This document shows positions 39,592 through 49,084 of a stretch of 64,000 bases of DNA, in pieces. Each line of letters opens with the position of its first letter. The first letter of the stretch is position 1. Under the pieces are notes generated by a model. The model was not told the origin of the DNA, did not search any database, and was given only the letters and a program-made list of their open reading frames with translations. The position numbers and the translations under genes were made by a program. The DNA lies in the IMG/VR virus record IMGVR_UViG_3300010399_000031, positions 124,001 through 188,000 of that record; one strand, 5' to 3'.

Positions 39592-40332
39592 ATGACCAAC
39601 CCTTTTGGATATAAAATGAATCCATTAAGCGTGCTGGCCGCCGCCCAGCGTTGTAATGCGGCGTATGTCATGGACAAATCAGCAGTCGCCCAAGCATTCG
39701 CTGCACTTGGGATGATTTTTGTTGACCAGTACCGGAACGCCACGCATCAAGCGGTCTATTCCAAAGACCAACATGGATATCACTATCTGAGTATCTCGGG
39801 TACCCGTTTCTTTGAAGGGGATAATCTGGATTTGCTCGATGATATCTGGCTTGCTCCAGTGAAAGTGCAACGTGGTGGAGAAGTGGCTAGTGGCGTCTAT
39901 AGCGGAATGGATGATTTGTGGATGTGGATGAAATCCCACCTACCCACTAGTGCGACATTGAACATTGAAGGTCATTCGCTTGGTGCAGAGCGCGCGTTGC
40001 TCGCTCCTCTTTTTTTGCCCAAAGAGCAAATCGGAGACCTGCATGCGTTTGAAGCGCCGCAGACCGCCACGCAAGAATTCTGGGATGCTTATCGGGAAGA
40101 ACTCTCACGCGCGGTCCATACCGTCTGCGGGGCGGATATCTTCTATAATTGGCCGCCTAAACAAGGATACACCCACGATGCGCAGAGTGACGTGTTGTGG
40201 TTAAAAGCGAATTCTATTGAAGTCATCAGACCATCACAGTGGCCAATTGGAGCTAATGAAGGTGATCACGCCATTGAAAGGGTAATCGCATACATCCAAG
40301 CTGCAATCGTTAACGGCTACTTCCCGCACTGA
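39592..40332 (+). CDS. class 3 lipase-like alpha/beta hydrolase
   Basis: ISGT, nucleophile elbow IEGHSLGA, downstream D and terminal DH. Confidence 0.75.
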   Translation: MTNPFGYKMNPLSVLAAAQRCNAAYVMDKSAVAQAFAALGMIFVDQYRNATHQAVYSKDQHGYHYLSISGTRFFEGDNLDLLDDIWLAPVKVQRGGEVASGVYSGMDDLWMWMKSHLPTSATLNIEGHSLGAERALLAPLFLPKEQIGDLHAFEAPQTATQEFWDAYREELSRAVHTVCGADIFYNWPPKQGYTHDAQSDVLWLKANSIEVIRPSQWPIGANEGDHAIERVIAYIQAAIVNGYFPH

Positions 40333-40340
40333 GGTAAGAC

Positions 40341-41237
40341 ATGAGTAATACTGTTCAAGCTGCATTCACCGCCGTCAATAACGCTATCGGAGATACGAGT
40401 ACTGCCGTTACTGGAAAGATTCAAACGCTTGATGCGGAGGTCTCTCCACTTACCACTGTTCCATCTGCACTTGCCGCCAGTCGGTTTTATAACGGTCTGA
40501 AGATTTCCTGCACTACCGCGAACGCAGTTTCATTGACCATTGCCGCTAAGGGACTTTTACTCTCTGATGGTTCGGGCCATTACGAATTGTGTCAAAGTTT
40601 CTTAGGGGGTGCAAACCTAGGGATTGTTGGTGCTAATGGGTTGGATACCGGGGTACTTGCTGCCAATACGTTGTATGCACTCTGGGTAGTCGGAGATGGT
40701 AACAATAACTTCGACTCCCTCTTATCTTTGAGTGCGACTGCACCGGTAATGCCCAGTGGGTTTTCGTATAAAATTCGTGTTGGTTGGTTCAAAACTGATG
40801 CGAATAAGAATATCATGCCGTTTATTCAAAATGGCGCAGATTTCCATTTCACCCCTATTGCAGGTAGTGGTCTAACGGCTATCCCGCAGGTGGGCACCGG
40901 TGAAGCGGGTGACGTAACTGTTCCGACGTGGGTACCGATTGACCTCACGCCGTGGGTGCCGAGTACTGCTGTTGCCGTTACACTACAAGTCAGAGGGTTG
41001 GGTAACGCAGTGGTGATGGCGGCACCCAATAATGGTTACGGTGCCTACAACGATGCCGTCAATCCCCCGCCAGTAAGTTACATCGGACAGGGAAGTTATC
41101 AAGTAGGGTTGGAAAAGCTCCCGCTCGAATCCATGTCGATTTACTGGGCAAGTAATGCCGGTAACCCACCTCTCGCTTCCAACACTACTGGACCATTCGG
41201 AAGTCTGGGGGTATTTGGCTGGACCGATAGTCTCTAA
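40341..41237 (+). CDS. tail-fibre-like protein (prophage-type receptor domain)
   Basis: GANGLDTG.LAANT.YALWV...LSLSATAP.MPSGF....RVGW..TD. Confidence 0.6.
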   Translation: MSNTVQAAFTAVNNAIGDTSTAVTGKIQTLDAEVSPLTTVPSALAASRFYNGLKISCTTANAVSLTIAAKGLLLSDGSGHYELCQSFLGGANLGIVGANGLDTGVLAANTLYALWVVGDGNNNFDSLLSLSATAPVMPSGFSYKIRVGWFKTDANKNIMPFIQNGADFHFTPIAGSGLTAIPQVGTGEAGDVTVPTWVPIDLTPWVPSTAVAVTLQVRGLGNAVVMAAPNNGYGAYNDAVNPPPVSYIGQGSYQVGLEKLPLESMSIYWASNAGNPPLASNTTGPFGSLGVFGWTDSL

Positions 41238-41318
41238 AAGCTTTTAAATTTCTACGCTCGCAGTGGATGCTGTAGTGAGGAAAAACAGGCTGTGGATAAA
41301 ACCACAGACGCTTTTGAG

Positions 41319-41343
41319 CCCTCCCTACGGGGAGGGTTTTTTA
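41319..41343 (+). terminator. rho-independent terminator
   Basis: CCCTCCC-tacg-GGGAGGG + T6. Confidence 0.75.
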
Positions 41344-41360
41344 TTCCGTTGAGTGTTCAA

Positions 41361-41780
41361 ATGGTCATTCAAACTGTACCCGATTACGTGATTTTAGAGG
41401 TACCGTCTTTGGTTAAAGTGCGTGAGACGTTATACCGCTCTTACGAACATTTACCCGAGGCGTTGCCCGAAGGCCACATCGAGGAGGAGATAAATGACTC
41501 CATCACAGACATCGTCTCTTCTCTGGAAGAAAGAGACGTAGCGCAAGAAAATCTTCAGCACATGTGCGAAGCGCAGTGCATGCACGATGTGGAGTTTGAC
41601 CAAGGGCAATTTAAATACGCGCAGTGCTTGTTTGATTTTGGTCAAGAATTACTCACTCAGTTTCATCAGTTTAGAATGTACTACGGGGAAGAGTACTTAC
41701 CTTTCTTTTATAAGGAAAGTCTCAGTCATGATTGCATCATCTTGCAGCGCATCGGATACAGCGAACAAAGTGCACAGTGA
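41361..41780 (+). CDS. jumbo-phage paralog family protein
   Basis: PDYVILE...FGQEL..Q....Y....LP..Y pattern shared with 41770 and 51077. Confidence 0.6.
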   Translation: MVIQTVPDYVILEVPSLVKVRETLYRSYEHLPEALPEGHIEEEINDSITDIVSSLEERDVAQENLQHMCEAQCMHDVEFDQGQFKYAQCLFDFGQELLTQFHQFRMYYGEEYLPFFYKESLSHDCIILQRIGYSEQSAQ

Positions 41781-42174
41781 GTGGGAGTTTTACCAGCAGT
41801 TACCCGATTATGCACTTATCGAGATCACACCTGAGTTGCGTTTTCACTACGAGCAAAAATCTTGGTTGTTAAGGAGTGAATACGGGTTTGTTTTTGAAGA
41901 CCTCATTGACGATTGCTTGGCAAGAAGTCTGGTTAAAGAGAACGCAGAAGAAGAGCTTGAAAGTTGGTTTGATGATATCTGCGAAGAACTCTCCGCAAGC
42001 GATTGGATGAACGATAACTCGTTAGAATATCTGAATGCCATTGGAATGCTCTTCACCCATCTTCGTGAACAGATCAACCCCCTTTACACACCCACAGGGT
42101 ATCATCACTACGAATTCACCGGTTGGCTCGATAAACATACGGTGGTATTGACAAAAAGAAGATTTGTAGAGTAA
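41770..42174 (+). CDS. jumbo-phage paralog family protein
   Basis: PDYALIE...IG.LF...LY...G...YEF.GWL; start uncertain. Confidence 0.55.
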   Translation: MHSEWEFYQQLPDYALIEITPELRFHYEQKSWLLRSEYGFVFEDLIDDCLARSLVKENAEEELESWFDDICEELSASDWMNDNSLEYLNAIGMLFTHLREQINPLYTPTGYHHYEFTGWLDKHTVVLTKRRFVE

Positions 42175-42203
42175 AGGTGGTAGGGAGGTAAGAAACTGGA
42201 TTG

Positions 42204-42228
42204 TAGAAAATCTCAGTTATATATTCTT
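42204..42228 (+). promoter_or_regulatory. putative phage early promoter motif (copy 2)
   Basis: TAGAAAATCTCAGTTATATATTCTT. Confidence 0.55.
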
Positions 42229-42348
42229 CTCTTGAACTGGTAGCATTATCAACTGGTTTAACACCTTTCTTAAGCTTCATTGATCGGATATCCGGGGAGT
42301 TCGATCTCTTATTTCCCCCATCCCCTTTCTCTACAAGGAAATACGAAA

Positions 42349-43035
42349 ATGAAGAAGACCCACATCTCCCTGTTTGCAGCTGTTCTGATTTCCGCCGCTT
42401 TCGCCGTCCCCGCTTTCGCCGATGGTAGCCAAGCGCCGGGTACCAGCGTCACGGCTGCGGGCGGTGGAGTCGGTGTGGCCGGGGCAGTCGGCGCGGGTGT
42501 TTTCGGTATCAACAGTAACAGCAACAGCTCGGTGAACGGCGGCTTCGGCGCATCGCTGAATGCACCGGGTTCGGTGAACGGCGGCTACAGCGCCGGCAAC
42601 CAAAGCTATGCCAACACGTCGGTCGGTTTCGGCACGGTTACGGCCAACACCACGACGGCAAGCAACACGGTCACCACGGGTAATCCGGCCGGCACGTCGG
42701 TGTCGAGCGGCTTTCAACAATCGACGTCTTCGGGTCTGTCGGTCGTGAGCCAATCGGGTAGCGAAAACTACGGTACGGAAAACCTCACCACGGCAGGTGC
42801 GGGTAAGTCGGGTTTCGGTTCGTACGCGAGCGGTTCGGGCGACGCCAAAACCCAAGGTATCGCTGTGGTGGCCGGCACAGGTTTCGGTGGGTTCGGGGGT
42901 TTCGACAACAGCAATTCGTCGGCACCCGTTACGGTTCCGTCGACTAACACCGGTAGCCAAGGTGGTAACGGTGGTCAAGGCGGTGACAACGGTCAGGGTA
43001 ACAACGGTAACGACAACGGCCATCATCACGGCTAA
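42349..43035 (+). CDS. secreted Gly/Ser/Asn-rich low-complexity protein
   Basis: Sec signal MKKTHISLFAAVLISAAFAVPAFA; AAGGA RBS. Confidence 0.75.
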   Translation: MKKTHISLFAAVLISAAFAVPAFADGSQAPGTSVTAAGGGVGVAGAVGAGVFGINSNSNSSVNGGFGASLNAPGSVNGGYSAGNQSYANTSVGFGTVTANTTTASNTVTTGNPAGTSVSSGFQQSTSSGLSVVSQSGSENYGTENLTTAGAGKSGFGSYASGSGDAKTQGIAVVAGTGFGGFGGFDNSNSSAPVTVPSTNTGSQGGNGGQGGDNGQGNNGNDNGHHHG

Positions 43036-43158
43036 GTCGGTCAAGGGCCGATGCAGTAGAATCAAAGCACGCGTCATACGCGTGTCTCGTTAGAATCGCA
43101 CCGGTGGGAGCGATTCCACCGGTGCTCTTTCTCGAATGAAAAAGAACTAGGACCGGAA

Positions 43159-43779
43159 ATGAAAATCTATAAGCTCTTCGTCGCAGCGCTCTTCTCCCTG
43201 AGCGCTGCAACCTGTTTTGCGCAAGCCAACGGTACCATCACCAATGGCACGAATTCCAACGCACAACAGGCGGTGAATGTCCATAATACCGTGGACTTTC
43301 CGTCGGGTGGTCCCTCTGACGTGACGTACCATGGTAACTACACCGTGAAATCTGCACCGACTGTCTATGCGCCGTCGCTTACGGCATCCATTACCGAAAC
43401 CTGCTGGGGTTCGGTCTCGGGTGCTGTGTCGGCCGTGGGCTTCGGAATCACGGGTGCGGCAACCATCAAAGACTATGATTGCAATCGTCGTCTGACGGCG
43501 GCAGTAGCCGGTAAGATGGGTCGCATGGATATCGCTTTCAATCTGATGTGTCAGGACGATCAGTTCCGAGCAGCCGCAGCCATCACCGACAAGCCGTGTC
43601 CGTCGGGCGCGGTAGAAGGTAAGCAAGGCACTCAAATCGTTCCGGCAGCAAAAGATGCGAAGACAGCCGAGAAGAACGGTAACCTGAAAGCGGATAGCAT
43701 CGCATCGACACCCAAGACGGTGGTCGATCCGAAAACCGGCCAAGCAACATACAGCGTGGCCGATACGTCCGTCAAGTAA
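43159..43779 (+). CDS. secreted Cys-motif protein
   Basis: signal peptide MKIYKLFVAALFSLSAATCFA; APSL...TCWGS.SG...GFG...D..C. Confidence 0.75.
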   Translation: MKIYKLFVAALFSLSAATCFAQANGTITNGTNSNAQQAVNVHNTVDFPSGGPSDVTYHGNYTVKSAPTVYAPSLTASITETCWGSVSGAVSAVGFGITGAATIKDYDCNRRLTAAVAGKMGRMDIAFNLMCQDDQFRAAAAITDKPCPSGAVEGKQGTQIVPAAKDAKTAEKNGNLKADSIASTPKTVVDPKTGQATYSVADTSVK

Positions 43780-43800
43780 TGGCTTCGGTAGTACCGGCTT

Positions 43801-43835
43801 GGGTGTGGAATTGCTCCACACCCTTGCCATTTTAT
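43801..43835 (+). terminator. rho-independent terminator
   Basis: GGGTGTGGA...TCCACACCC then T-rich. Confidence 0.6.
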
Positions 43836-43879
43836 TTTTTATTCCCTCACAGAACCAATAACTAGGTGGGTACAAAGAG

Positions 43880-44206
43880 ATGAAACAGATTACATTGAAG
43901 GGGTTGATCCTTCGCATGATGTTGGCGTTTGTCGCCATCGCGATGGTACTCTATGTGTACCCGAGCTATGCCGGTGAAATGCAACCCTACGCCCAGGTCG
44001 ATGCGCTTGCACAAGCGCACGTAGCGCAACTGCCAGCTGCTCCCACACTAGAGGAACACAGACAAGCGCAAGAGCGTGTACTTCAGCTGCGTGCGCTGCA
44101 TCCGGTAGAACCTGACGCCATTGGTAGCATCAGACCGATGGTGCCGTATCGATCGCGGCTTCAGGCACCTGCTTTCGGTGAATGGAACGAACAAGGAAAG
44201 GAGTAA
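43880..44206 (+). CDS. exported/membrane-anchored protein
   Basis: N-terminal hydrophobic segment ending PSYA. Confidence 0.6.
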   Translation: MKQITLKGLILRMMLAFVAIAMVLYVYPSYAGEMQPYAQVDALAQAHVAQLPAAPTLEEHRQAQERVLQLRALHPVEPDAIGSIRPMVPYRSRLQAPAFGEWNEQGKE

Positions 44207-44210
44207 GATC

Positions 44211-44567
44211 ATGAGCGATGAATTCAATGTTTTTGGTGCTAAATCACTCGCGCCGCTTGAACCAATTGCCAAAGCTTTACACAGTTCGAGGGAGGCGGTG
44301 ATTGGTTGGGTCATCACCGCGCAGCAAGAAGGTAAAGCCACACTTTATCTGATCGACCTCGAACTCGCCGATGCGAATTATGCTTGGAGTATCAACGAGC
44401 AAGCTGCCATTCGCCACGATGATGTAGCAGCTGCCTCCAAGTATTACGAAGCGATCCTCGCTAACCCCAGACTCCCGGAGGGGTATAGCGAGGAGTGTGT
44501 TGAATTCAAGATTCGACCCCTCTTGCTCGGTCCGGGAGTAGAAATCAAACCACCACAACGAGGGTAA
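44211..44567 (+). CDS. hypothetical protein
   Basis: AAGGAG RBS. Confidence 0.65.
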   Translation: MSDEFNVFGAKSLAPLEPIAKALHSSREAVIGWVITAQQEGKATLYLIDLELADANYAWSINEQAAIRHDDVAAASKYYEAILANPRLPEGYSEECVEFKIRPLLLGPGVEIKPPQRG

Positions 44568-44570
44568 AAA

Positions 44571-44951
44571 GTGATCAGGCAGCTTGTTTCTATGGTAGGC
44601 GCGGCTCTGGTAGCGGTATCTGTATGTGCTCATGCGGCGTCACAAGTGATCGTGACGCAAAGCGTCGTAGGAGAAGCTGCCCAAAGCAAGATGGATCAGT
44701 GCAACCTTGCTGCCCAGTACGCGGTGGTAGCAGCTGAGATCCGCAGCACCAGCAACAATTACCACGCCTACGTGGTCGGAGTGGATGAGATCATTCAGCA
44801 CAACAGCGATCAGTTCAAAAACGCATGGGGTATTGCTAATGAGTCGGGTAAGTACGTCTTTCGAGACGGACACATCCAACCAGAGGTAGCTTATGCGGAG
44901 ATTTACAAGCGCTGTATGAAACACCCTGAGTACTTTGGGGTACGATACTAG
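44571..44951 (+). CDS. exported protein
   Basis: signal peptide ...AALVAVSVCAHA; two Cys. Confidence 0.6.
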   Translation: MIRQLVSMVGAALVAVSVCAHAASQVIVTQSVVGEAAQSKMDQCNLAAQYAVVAAEIRSTSNNYHAYVVGVDEIIQHNSDQFKNAWGIANESGKYVFRDGHIQPEVAYAEIYKRCMKHPEYFGVRY

Positions 44952-44961
44952 GGAGAGTGAG

Positions 44962-45360
44962 ATGTATTACGTGATCGTCGGGAAGGTCGAAGGTCAACCC
45001 GATATGTACTATTACGAACGTAGCAACCCGCCCGAAGCTTGGACGCAGGAGTTGAAATTCGCCAGCATTTATCGCGATGTGGCTGATGTGTACGGGGTGT
45101 TCGATCGGATTCGCCGCTCGATGGAGATTCACCTCGGTCGGGATTTGAAGACAGGTAAACCGATTCTCGATTCGATGACCAAGCAGCCGATCAAACGCAT
45201 CGATCTACCTTACCACATCTTTCAGTTGTTAGCGCTTAACTCCCTACCGGGACCAGATCGCAAGATGGAGGGTAAGGCCACGATCTTTATCTGCGAGTTA
45301 AAGATCGAGCCGACCGAACACTACATTGAGGTTGAGGGTCACCACCCGCAAGCAGGTTAA
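44962..45360 (+). CDS. hypothetical protein
   Basis: GGGAG RBS. Confidence 0.65.
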   Translation: MYYVIVGKVEGQPDMYYYERSNPPEAWTQELKFASIYRDVADVYGVFDRIRRSMEIHLGRDLKTGKPILDSMTKQPIKRIDLPYHIFQLLALNSLPGPDRKMEGKATIFICELKIEPTEHYIEVEGHHPQAG

Positions 45361-45380
45361 TTTAAAGAACAAGGAGAATC

Positions 45381-45668
45381 ATGGCGTTCATGATTGCAGC
45401 GTCCCCCAAAGCAGCTACCCACGATTGGTATTTGGATAGCAGTTGTATGGAGTGGACTTTGAAAGAAGAAGATGCATTTCAGACCGAGAGTTGGTCTGAG
45501 ATCGACCGGCTGTACAAGAAGTTCACCGATGAGCTTCACGAACACGATTCTCGGCGCAAGCCAGTCAGTGAATTGTTGAGAAAAGCATTCCCCACTTCAG
45601 CCGGTACTTTGCTGATCGTGGAGCGTGTCATCAAGCGGGTCGCCACCCGCGTGGTGGTGTTGCGTTAA
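45381..45668 (+). CDS. hypothetical protein
   Basis: AAGGAG RBS. Confidence 0.65.
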   Translation: MAFMIAASPKAATHDWYLDSSCMEWTLKEEDAFQTESWSEIDRLYKKFTDELHEHDSRRKPVSELLRKAFPTSAGTLLIVERVIKRVATRVVVLR

Positions 45669-45691
45669 GTGTTTCTTTGCTCTGCTTTTTG

Positions 45692-45717
45692 GAGGGACCG
45701 AAGTCCCTCTTTTTTTT
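45692..45717 (+). terminator. rho-independent terminator
   Basis: GAGGGAC-cgaa-GTCCCTC + T8. Confidence 0.75.
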
Positions 45718-45785
45718 GTTTCGTCGATCTTTTTTTGGTCTTCACTTTTGATATGTCAATTTCCTTAATTGAGTAGAGAAAACAA

Positions 45786-46388
45786 ATGAGCGACGCAAAC
45801 ACCAACGAAATCCGCCTTCACACGTACCAAAGTAGTCTCATCCCGGTTTATCAACCGGAAAGCAAACAGTATTTTTGTGAATTCACCCAACCGACCAAGA
45901 TCGAAGTCGACGGCGCGGCATTCGAGACGAATTACCTGAAACCGGATGTTCAATTCTCGCTACTTGGTCTGAGCCAATCGATCAGCTTGCTCGAAAGCGG
46001 TTTACTGGACGTGACCGATGCGATCGATCCGGACATGAGTCTCGCCGAGATCGCGATCACCTTCAAGCACAATGGCGAAGACCACGTCTGGTATCACAAG
46101 CTGGAAACGCCCGAAAGTGCCGATCCTCTTGGCGCATTCACCTATTCACCGCAAGGCGGTTATCACGTACTTCAGCTGAACTACGCCGGTGTCATCGTCA
46201 TGACCTCGAAAGCGAATGTCACGAACTCGATTGGCGTGAACGGCTTCGGAACCTGCAATTTGGAACTCGGCAACACCAAACTCAACTTCAAGATCACGAA
46301 CCGAGAAGACGCCGACTTCACCGACGTGCGCGTCGTCGGCTATAAGCTCAAAGCCAAACGCGTGAATTACAACCGTCGACCGGCATAA
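45786..46388 (+). CDS. hypothetical protein
   Basis: 200 aa, strong C-ending codon bias. Confidence 0.7.
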   Translation: MSDANTNEIRLHTYQSSLIPVYQPESKQYFCEFTQPTKIEVDGAAFETNYLKPDVQFSLLGLSQSISLLESGLLDVTDAIDPDMSLAEIAITFKHNGEDHVWYHKLETPESADPLGAFTYSPQGGYHVLQLNYAGVIVMTSKANVTNSIGVNGFGTCNLELGNTKLNFKITNREDADFTDVRVVGYKLKAKRVNYNRRPA

Positions 46389-46514
46389 ACTAAGATGGGG
46401 TACTCCAGTGAAAACTCACTGGAGCGCTCCCTCATATGCCGTAATGTAGTCATTTTCAATGATATATCATGTCAACGTGGATCAAGCAATCCCGCTCTTA
46501 ACTGGAGAAAGTAC

Positions 46515-47036
46515 ATGTCGATCAAGAAACAAGTAAATCAATCCCAATTGGCTTTGCTAAGGAGAAGACTGGTTGACCCTAAGCTTAGGGAGAATTATCC
46601 AGCAGAGTATCTGGCTGAAATTCGCCTAAGTGGTTGGAAAGAAATCAACTGGACGCGTTTTCGGGAAGACGCAGAACTCTATGATAAGTCGCGTCTTAAG
46701 CGTGACATTTTCGAGAGAATTGAATTACTCTCGGTCGAATATCGAGATTTTAAGATCCAGATCAACGGGGAAAGCGTTGAGACTGAATTCGAAGTCGTGG
46801 AACTCATCGAGAAGAAGTCGTTTGGTTTTCTTATTCGACGAAAATTCAAAGACACCTACGAATATTTGAAAGGTGACGAAACCATCGTGGGTTCTAAATT
46901 AGATGCGAAGTATTGGGAAACCAATCCTTTACTCGTTGATGTCTATAAGGCTGAAGCTAAGGATAGATTGCTGGAAAAACTCAAGCAGTGTTTTCCAGAT
47001 GAGCAATTTAGCAGTCAAGAACTCTTCTGTGAATAA
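46515..47036 (+). CDS. hypothetical protein
   Basis: GGAG RBS before MSIKKQ. Confidence 0.6.
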   Translation: MSIKKQVNQSQLALLRRRLVDPKLRENYPAEYLAEIRLSGWKEINWTRFREDAELYDKSRLKRDIFERIELLSVEYRDFKIQINGESVETEFEVVELIEKKSFGFLIRRKFKDTYEYLKGDETIVGSKLDAKYWETNPLLVDVYKAEAKDRLLEKLKQCFPDEQFSSQELFCE

Positions 47037-47063
47037 CGGGCACGAAGAGGACAAAAAAAATCC

Positions 47064-47423
47064 ATGAACAAGACAATTGAAGAAACAACAATGCAACAGA
47101 CGCAGACCAAGAACCTATGTCATTGGAAATGCACGTGCTTGATTGATGTGGGTTACTGCTCAGCCAAAACCGGCGTGGATAGTGGACACTTCCACGTGGT
47201 CAATCAACTTCATACAACCTTGATTCGTTTGCCTGCGTCACTTGGGGCGAGTGTGAATCAAGCAATCATCGAGCAGTGCAAAGAAATCATCGAGCAACGC
47301 TTTTTCTTACGCTTAGCTAAAAGCGATTGCAACTACAGCGTCGTCGGTTTGAAACGTTGGCACCCCGTGGTGATCAGTATCTCGGTAGTCAAGGTTGATC
47401 AGCCAGCTGACGAAGTCGAGTAG
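47064..47423 (+). CDS. hypothetical protein
   Basis: GAGGA RBS. Confidence 0.55.
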   Translation: MNKTIEETTMQQTQTKNLCHWKCTCLIDVGYCSAKTGVDSGHFHVVNQLHTTLIRLPASLGASVNQAIIEQCKEIIEQRFFLRLAKSDCNYSVVGLKRWHPVVISISVVKVDQPADEVE

Positions 47424-47427
47424 TGCC

Positions 47428-47703
47428 ATGGCGTTAAGTTTAAAGAAGCGATCGCCGAGATCGAAGGAAGTGTTACCTTCTGTACGTGAACGTGTGCTTG
47501 CACTGCGTAAAGAAGGTAAGAAACTAGAGCGCTTTATGGTGGTGTGGATTCGTGAATGCCGAATGCTTGATGAGCATCGAGCAATGATCGAGTCCCTCGA
47601 CCAATTCGGTGTAAGACGTCGCAAAGCTTTTGACGTCAGTGACGTCATCCTTGAAACAGTGGAAGAACTCTTTGGGGGTAATGATGGAAACGAATCAACC
47701 TGA
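47428..47703 (+). CDS. hypothetical basic protein
   Basis: coupled between neighbours. Confidence 0.55.
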   Translation: MALSLKKRSPRSKEVLPSVRERVLALRKEGKKLERFMVVWIRECRMLDEHRAMIESLDQFGVRRRKAFDVSDVILETVEELFGGNDGNEST

Positions 47704-48169
47704 GAAGACCAATGAATTTCCTGCCATCAATAAACCGGTTCGGTTTTTGACCGGGGTTTTGTTGAACGAACCCCCTTCGTTCAGTGTGGAATTGAACTTT
47801 ACTGCGCATGAACAAGAACCTCAGTTGCAGGCAGCGTCGTCTTCGCCTAATTTCATTTTACACGACGATCCTCTGGCGCTAAACGAGCGCAGTGTGGAGG
47901 AGTTCTTCGGCGAATGGCGCAAGTTCGTCGGCTTAGATCAACCTGTTGGCCGTAACTTCCCCTCTGTCGATCAGCGTGATCCACGAGCCATGTATGATGA
48001 TCGTGGAGTGATCATCGGAGTTAATGGCAACTTCACGCAAGAAGAAGTCAATTTCATCTTCGACGCGCTCGATGCTCGTACCAAAGCGCTTAGGCAAGAG
48101 CGCGAAGGCAGCAGCGAGTACCAAGCGCAGAATAACATCATCAAAGCGTTCGGCTATAAGGGGGAGTAA
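47681..48169 (+). CDS. hypothetical protein
   Basis: GGGGGT RBS before MMETNQ. Confidence 0.6.
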   Translation: MMETNQPEKTNEFPAINKPVRFLTGVLLNEPPSFSVELNFTAHEQEPQLQAASSSPNFILHDDPLALNERSVEEFFGEWRKFVGLDQPVGRNFPSVDQRDPRAMYDDRGVIIGVNGNFTQEEVNFIFDALDARTKALRQEREGSSEYQAQNNIIKAFGYKGE

Positions 48170-48372
48170 TGGAGGAGAAGGATTGTGAAGGGTGGAGAAC
48201 ACCTCTTCGGTGCGATAAGAAGGTAACAGATGGCGGGGTGAACAGTTCTGGTTTTTGCGAGGACTGTCACCGCTCGATTGACGACATCAGGAAATACCGA
48301 GAGTTGCGTCGGGAAGGCTACAGCCAGACGCAAGCTGCCCTTATGTCAGGACTGTCCGACCCATCGGAGTGA
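48169..48372 (+). CDS. small Cys-containing protein
   Basis: TAATG coupling, CxxC. Confidence 0.55.
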   Translation: MEEKDCEGWRTPLRCDKKVTDGGVNSSGFCEDCHRSIDDIRKYRELRREGYSQTQAALMSGLSDPSE

Positions 48373-48908
48373 TAATGGTTAGCATTCAAAACCCCGGTAT
48401 TCAAATGCGGGGCGGTCCCCAGGACCAAGCGTTTCTCACGAGTATCGCTCAAGCTGTGATGACCGATCTTCAGGCGCGTAATTTGCCAAGACTCTCAGTG
48501 CAGCTAATGTACAAGTACGCCTATACGGACCTGCCGTGTCCGTCCATTGCCACGAGCAATCCCGAGATTCATGCAGTTTTTATTGATCACAACGATAGTA
48601 CGGACACTGTCTTCATGGTGTTCCGAAAAGCCGGTGATCAAACGCTCTCGTACCAAGGGTTCTTCCCCTTTGGAGCTGATGAGCAAAACATCGTACTCAT
48701 GTCGTTTTACGTGGGGATGTACCTCACCCTTGAGTACGATCGTCAGTATCGTAACGAGTGGTCGATGCAAGCGATTCTGAAAGCGTATCCGGAATTGGAG
48801 GTTGACCCCACTCAGTTGGGCAATAGCCTTCAGCGTTTCGGAGTGGAAGTGCTCGGCTACGATCCTCGGATTTTCCAACCACCGTATAACATCGTACTCG
48901 CGACATGA
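48369..48908 (+). CDS. hypothetical protein
   Basis: 179 aa, overlap coupling. Confidence 0.65.
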   Translation: MIMVSIQNPGIQMRGGPQDQAFLTSIAQAVMTDLQARNLPRLSVQLMYKYAYTDLPCPSIATSNPEIHAVFIDHNDSTDTVFMVFRKAGDQTLSYQGFFPFGADEQNIVLMSFYVGMYLTLEYDRQYRNEWSMQAILKAYPELEVDPTQLGNSLQRFGVEVLGYDPRIFQPPYNIVLAT

Positions 48909-49084
48909 GTAAGACCGAAGAGCTTTACGAGAGGATGAGAGATTTAGCGAAGCAGTATGACATAGTCATCGTGACTCCTCATCAACCTAGGTCGCCTTAT
49001 AGGGGGATACCATGGCAGGATCCCCCCGAGATTATCTTCGTTGATTATCTCGATATCATCAAACCCAATAGGAGTGAATCTTGA
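48905..49084 (+). CDS. 59-aa protein (missed by ORF track)
   Basis: ATGA overlap at both ends; MSKTEELYERMRDLAKQYDIVIVTPHQ...IIFVDYLDII. Confidence 0.55.
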   Translation: MSKTEELYERMRDLAKQYDIVIVTPHQPRSPYRGIPWQDPPEIIFVDYLDIIKPNRSES

